Source: a virus (Duplodnaviria; Caudoviricetes). From it: a stretch of DNA of 56,410 nt. The notes beneath the pieces were generated by a model. That model searched no databases. It saw only the letters and a program-made list of their open reading frames with translations, and was not told the origin of the DNA. Location: positions 1-56,410 of the IMG/VR virus record IMGVR_UViG_3300044708_000067; one strand, 5' to 3'. This document shows positions 52,808 through 56,410 of the stretch, piece by piece. The translations under genes and the position numbers were made by a program. The first letter of the stretch is position 1. The number at the start of each line of letters is the position of its first letter.

Positions 52808-54303
52808 CCCTTCTTGGCGACGTAACCGGCGACGGCACGCTCAGCACGACGGACGCCGTGTGGGTGCTGCAATACACGCAGGGCCTGCGCCAACTGACGC
52901 CAGATCAACTGCGCGCCGCCGACGTGAGCGGCAACGGCAGCGTGACGTTACAGGACGCGGTGTTGCTGTTCCAGGCTACGACCACGCCGCCGCTCATCAC
53001 CACGTTCCCCGCTGGCCCGTTCCTGATGCCGCTGCCGCCGCTGCCAAGCGTGGTGACGCTGTTCAGCGACGCGAGCGTGCAGGCGATTCGCCGCGTGCGC
53101 TGCCACTGGACGGGCGCGGGCTGGCTGGTGACGTGGGTGGTCAACCGCACCGACCGCGCGCTGCGCGACCCGCTCACGCCGTCTGAGCTGTGGGCGGCAG
53201 GCGTAGACGCGGCGCTGGCCGTGACGCTGCCCGCGCGCAAAATACTCGACATTCACCGACTTGACCGCGAGCCGGTGTATCTGGCCTGCTGGCATCCCAC
53301 GGCGGGCGTGTTGGGCATCTGCGTTGCCGAACTGACGAACTACGCGCAGGTCGGGCCGCTCAAGCCTGACGGCTCGACGGCGGTAACGCGCATCACCGAG
53401 CAGCGCTTGTACACGCTGACCACGGCGGGCGTGCTGAGCGGGCCGGTCACGCTGCGCAACGACCTGGGCGTGCATGGCGGCGTGGGCGATATGCTGCCCA
53501 TCGCGAACGATCCGACGCCGGGGCCTGCAGGCATCGGCGGGCCGGGCTGGCTCATCGGCATCGAGACTGACTGCTTCTTCTCGCCTGCCCATCAATGCAC
53601 CTGGGTCTACAAGTGCGGCGTGAGCGGGACACCGAACCGCCCGCGCGGCCTGGACATTACGCTGATCTTCGGCGGCGCGCACGAAACGATCCCGACGCTG
53701 CTGCTGTACAACGCTGACTTCATGTGCCTGTGCGTCCGTGACAACTGGTCAGGGGCGAACGCAGGCGTGCTGGCGCATCTGGTGCCGCACCAAGTCACGG
53801 GCGTCACGTCGCGGACGCTGCAAGTGATTCAGGGCGGCCCGTTCCTCATCGAAACCGACCTGCAATGCCAGCCAGCGCCTGACGGCAGCTTTGCCGCGCT
53901 GTGGCGCGAGCGCGTGTCGCAGACGGAGCCGGGCATCGGCCTCGTGCGGCCTCGGCTGGTGCACTTCGCCATTGAGAGCGCGCCGGTGACGCTGCCCAAG
54001 CTCACCGTGCTGAGCGACACGTTCTTGGAGCCGCCAGCCAATGCGGACGCCTTCGGGGACGCCGGGCACTGGACGTGCCGCCTGCTGCGCACGGGCGCGG
54101 GCTGGGCGTGCTTCTACCCCGTGCTCTCCGCGCAGGGCGTGCAGTGGCGGCGCACGGACGTAGCGGACGCGGGCGGCGTGCAGCGCGCGGACCTCGTGCC
54201 CGTTGCGGACACGGCGAGCGTGCACGCGGAGCGCGGCGGCGGCGCGGCCACGGCGCTGGCCTGTGCTACGGCGGCGCGGGAAGTGCAGATCAAGCTGCTA
54301 TGA
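52804..54303 (+). CDS. Protein with N-terminal dockerin type I domain and beta-rich body
   Basis: LLGDVTGDGTLSTTDAVWVLQY...AADVSGNGSVTLQDAVLL, a duplicated F-hand; no signal peptide. Confidence 0.8.
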   Translation: MTLLGDVTGDGTLSTTDAVWVLQYTQGLRQLTPDQLRAADVSGNGSVTLQDAVLLFQATTTPPLITTFPAGPFLMPLPPLPSVVTLFSDASVQAIRRVRCHWTGAGWLVTWVVNRTDRALRDPLTPSELWAAGVDAALAVTLPARKILDIHRLDREPVYLACWHPTAGVLGICVAELTNYAQVGPLKPDGSTAVTRITEQRLYTLTTAGVLSGPVTLRNDLGVHGGVGDMLPIANDPTPGPAGIGGPGWLIGIETDCFFSPAHQCTWVYKCGVSGTPNRPRGLDITLIFGGAHETIPTLLLYNADFMCLCVRDNWSGANAGVLAHLVPHQVTGVTSRTLQVIQGGPFLIETDLQCQPAPDGSFAALWRERVSQTEPGIGLVRPRLVHFAIESAPVTLPKLTVLSDTFLEPPANADAFGDAGHWTCRLLRTGAGWACFYPVLSAQGVQWRRTDVADAGGVQRADLVPVADTASVHAERGGGAATALACATAAREVQIKLL

Positions 54304-56096
54304 GCAGCGCGCAGCTCGCCTTCGGTGCGGCGCAGCCTGCACCGCGCGCCGACTACCCGCTGCGCGACTACCAGCTTGCGGCGCTCGACGCGATCCGCGA
54401 CGCGGCCGGGCGCAACGTGCGCCGTCAGCTCGTGGTCATGGCAACGGGGCTCGGCAAGGGCCATCTGCTCGGCTACGTGCCGGGCGTGCTCGGTGCAAAG
54501 CGCACGCTGGTCCTGGCGCACCGCGTTGAGATTCTGGACCAGCTTGCAGCGCACATGGCGCGAGCCAACCCGCACTACAGCATTGCCGTAGAGCAGGGCG
54601 CACGGTGCGAGGGCACGCCGTCGCATGACGTGATCGTGGCATCCGTGCCGACGCTGATGAGCGCACGGCGACGCTCAGCGTTCGCGCCGGATCAATTCGA
54701 CCTCGTGATGCACGACGAGTCGCACCACGTTGCCGCCAAGTCGCATTTGGACATCCTGCGCTATTTCGGCGTGCCTGAGCCTGACGGGCCGCTGCTCGTG
54801 GGCTTCACGGCCACGCCGATGCGCGGCGACAAGATCAAGCTCGCCAACGTGTTTGACGAAGTGGTGTTCGACAAGTCGCTGAAACCCGCCAAGGGCCAGC
54901 GTTCACCCATCGAGGAAGGCTGGTTGGTCAACGTCGTGCCGGTGCGCGTCGAGACTGTGACCGACATCCGGGGCGTGAAGGTCCACAGCGGCGACTTTGC
55001 CGTGGGCCAGTTGGAACGCAGCGTCAACACGGCCGACCGCAACGACGCGATTATCAGCGCCATCAACGCGCACGCGGCCGACCGCAAGACCATCCTGGTA
55101 TTCGCGGCGGGCGTCGATCACGCGGAGGCGTTGACCGCACGCATGGAAGCGGACGGCATGGCAGCGGCGTGCGTGATCGGCACGACGCCTGACCGCGTGC
55201 GGCGCGGCATCTGGCGCAGCTTTGCCAGCGGCAAGACGCGCGTGGTGGTCAACGTGGCCGTCGCCACGGAAGGCTTCGACTGCCCGGCCATTGACTGCCT
55301 CGTCATGGCGCGGCCGACGAAAAGCGCCCTGCTATTCACGCAAATGCTGGGGCGCGGCATGCGGCCGTCACCGGGCAAGGAAAATCTGCTCGTGCTGGAC
55401 GTGGCTGACGTGTGCGGGCGGCACCGCGTGCAGAACGTGGCGCGGCTGTTCGGCTTGCGCTGCCGCGACCTGCTCGGTAGGGATGTAATCGAGGCCGCGA
55501 AGATGGAAGCCGCCGCCGATGCTGCGGGCGTCGCCGTCAAGGACACGGATACGCCGAAGACGCTAGAGCGCCGTATACGGGCCAAGGAGCGCCGCAGCCT
55601 GCGCGTCAAGACGCGGGCGCAGCCTGTAGACCTGTTCGGCGCGCCCGTCACCACGCCAAAAGAGCGCGCCACGACGCACAGCGCCTTCCCCTGGCTGTCC
55701 GTAGGCAGCGACAGCGCCCCGCGCTACGTCCTAGAGCTGGCGCGCGGCTCCTGGGCGGTCTTATCGCGTGGCGCGGGCGGTATCTGGGGCGTGCAGTGCA
55801 GCGGCGGTGGCGAGAATTTGCCGCACAGCAGCGCGGCCATGCCAGATTGGGCGGGCGCGGATCGGGTCGTGAAGCGGTACGCCGGGCACTGGTCGCCGCC
55901 TGACAAGCCCTGGCTCAAAATACCACGGTGGCGACAGTTGCAGGCGGACGCGCCACGGCGGCAGCGGCCCGCGACGGACGGCCAGCGGCAAGCCTTGGCG
56001 CGCTGGCGGCTGCCTGTGCCTGCTGACCTGAGCTTCGGGCAGGCCAGCGACGCGCTGAGCCGGGCGGTGTGGCAGGCCAGTCACGGGCGTTCGTAA
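54300..56096 (+). CDS. SF2 DExH helicase (ResIII/Irc3-like)
   Basis: LRDYQ, ATGLGKG, DESHH, TATP, TEGFD.P, QMLGRGMR. Confidence 0.92.
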   Translation: MSSAQLAFGAAQPAPRADYPLRDYQLAALDAIRDAAGRNVRRQLVVMATGLGKGHLLGYVPGVLGAKRTLVLAHRVEILDQLAAHMARANPHYSIAVEQGARCEGTPSHDVIVASVPTLMSARRRSAFAPDQFDLVMHDESHHVAAKSHLDILRYFGVPEPDGPLLVGFTATPMRGDKIKLANVFDEVVFDKSLKPAKGQRSPIEEGWLVNVVPVRVETVTDIRGVKVHSGDFAVGQLERSVNTADRNDAIISAINAHAADRKTILVFAAGVDHAEALTARMEADGMAAACVIGTTPDRVRRGIWRSFASGKTRVVVNVAVATEGFDCPAIDCLVMARPTKSALLFTQMLGRGMRPSPGKENLLVLDVADVCGRHRVQNVARLFGLRCRDLLGRDVIEAAKMEAAADAAGVAVKDTDTPKTLERRIRAKERRSLRVKTRAQPVDLFGAPVTTPKERATTHSAFPWLSVGSDSAPRYVLELARGSWAVLSRGAGGIWGVQCSGGGENLPHSSAAMPDWAGADRVVKRYAGHWSPPDKPWLKIPRWRQLQADAPRRQRPATDGQRQALARWRLPVPADLSFGQASDALSRAVWQASHGRS

Positions 56097-56410
56097 GTGT
56101 ACAGTACGCCGTTGATGTCGCAGAGCAGCCCGTAGCCGCGCGTCCATACGTCCCACCGAGCGCGGGCGTGCGTCCAGTGTTTGCGCGGCACCTTGAGATC
56201 ACCGACGATGTGCAGTTGAGAAAGTAACCCAGCATCCCCGGCGGCAGCCCCGGCGGCAGCCCTGGCGGCATCCCCGGCGGCAGCCCTGGCGGCAGCCCTG
56301 GCGGCAGCCCCGGCGGCATCCCCGGCGGCAGCCCAGGCGGCAGCCCTGGCGGCATCCCCGGCGGCAGCCCAGGCGGCAGCCCTGGCGGCATCCCCGGCGG
56401 CAGCCCAGGC
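56081..56410 (-). CDS. 3' part of the junction-spanning DUF7666-like gene
   Basis: The Ala-repeat frame continues ...[14 protein letters not shown]...[28 protein letters not shown] to TGA at 56083-56081. Confidence 0.8.
   Translation of the reverse strand, partial: AWAAAGDAARAAAWAAAGDAARAAAWAAAGDAAGAAARAAARAAAGDAARAAAGAAAGDAGLLSQLHIVGDLKVPRKHWTHARARWDVWTRGYGLLCDINGVLYTYERP
56231..56410. repeat. Same 12/36-nt tandem repeat as the window start; includes the 89-nt terminal overlap
   Basis: Direct sequence comparison with nt 1-146. Confidence 0.95.

Noticed and set aside
55915-56391. ORF-track protein with PPGL/PPGM repeats
   Set aside because: It is an alternative frame of the repeat. The Ala frame links coherent N- and C-terminal domains.

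Overview
The window appears to be an essentially complete, circularly permuted, GC-rich tailed-phage genome of about 56.3 kb. An 89-nt terminal overlap lies inside a 12/36-nt tandem repeat, and one gene runs across the junction. The + strand late arm carries a podovirus-type morphogenesis module: large terminase, P22-like portal, scaffold, N4-gp56-type major capsid protein split by a group I intron with an HNH endonuclease, adaptor/nozzle-like tail proteins, a GNAT-like protein and ejection/internal virion proteins, followed by a membrane/lipoprotein cluster with no recognisable endolysin. The early region holds a C5 methyltransferase, PD-(D/E)XK and HNH nucleases, a Cro-like regulator, an Acb2/Tad1-like protein, an isolated CHC2 primase zinc finger, an SF2 helicase and a tRNA-Ser. 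I see no integrase, CI-like repressor or DNA polymerase. The most unusual feature is four signal-peptide-bearing, Cys-rich, Thr/Pro-repeat proteins placed inside the head module and where tailspikes would be expected, together with a dockerin-domain protein and five small Cys-rich lipoproteins. This suggests a phage-encoded, export-dependent surface or virion decoration system. An ATP-grasp ligase paired with a HExxE protein also sits between portal and scaffold. All family assignments come from motif recognition by eye, not database searches.
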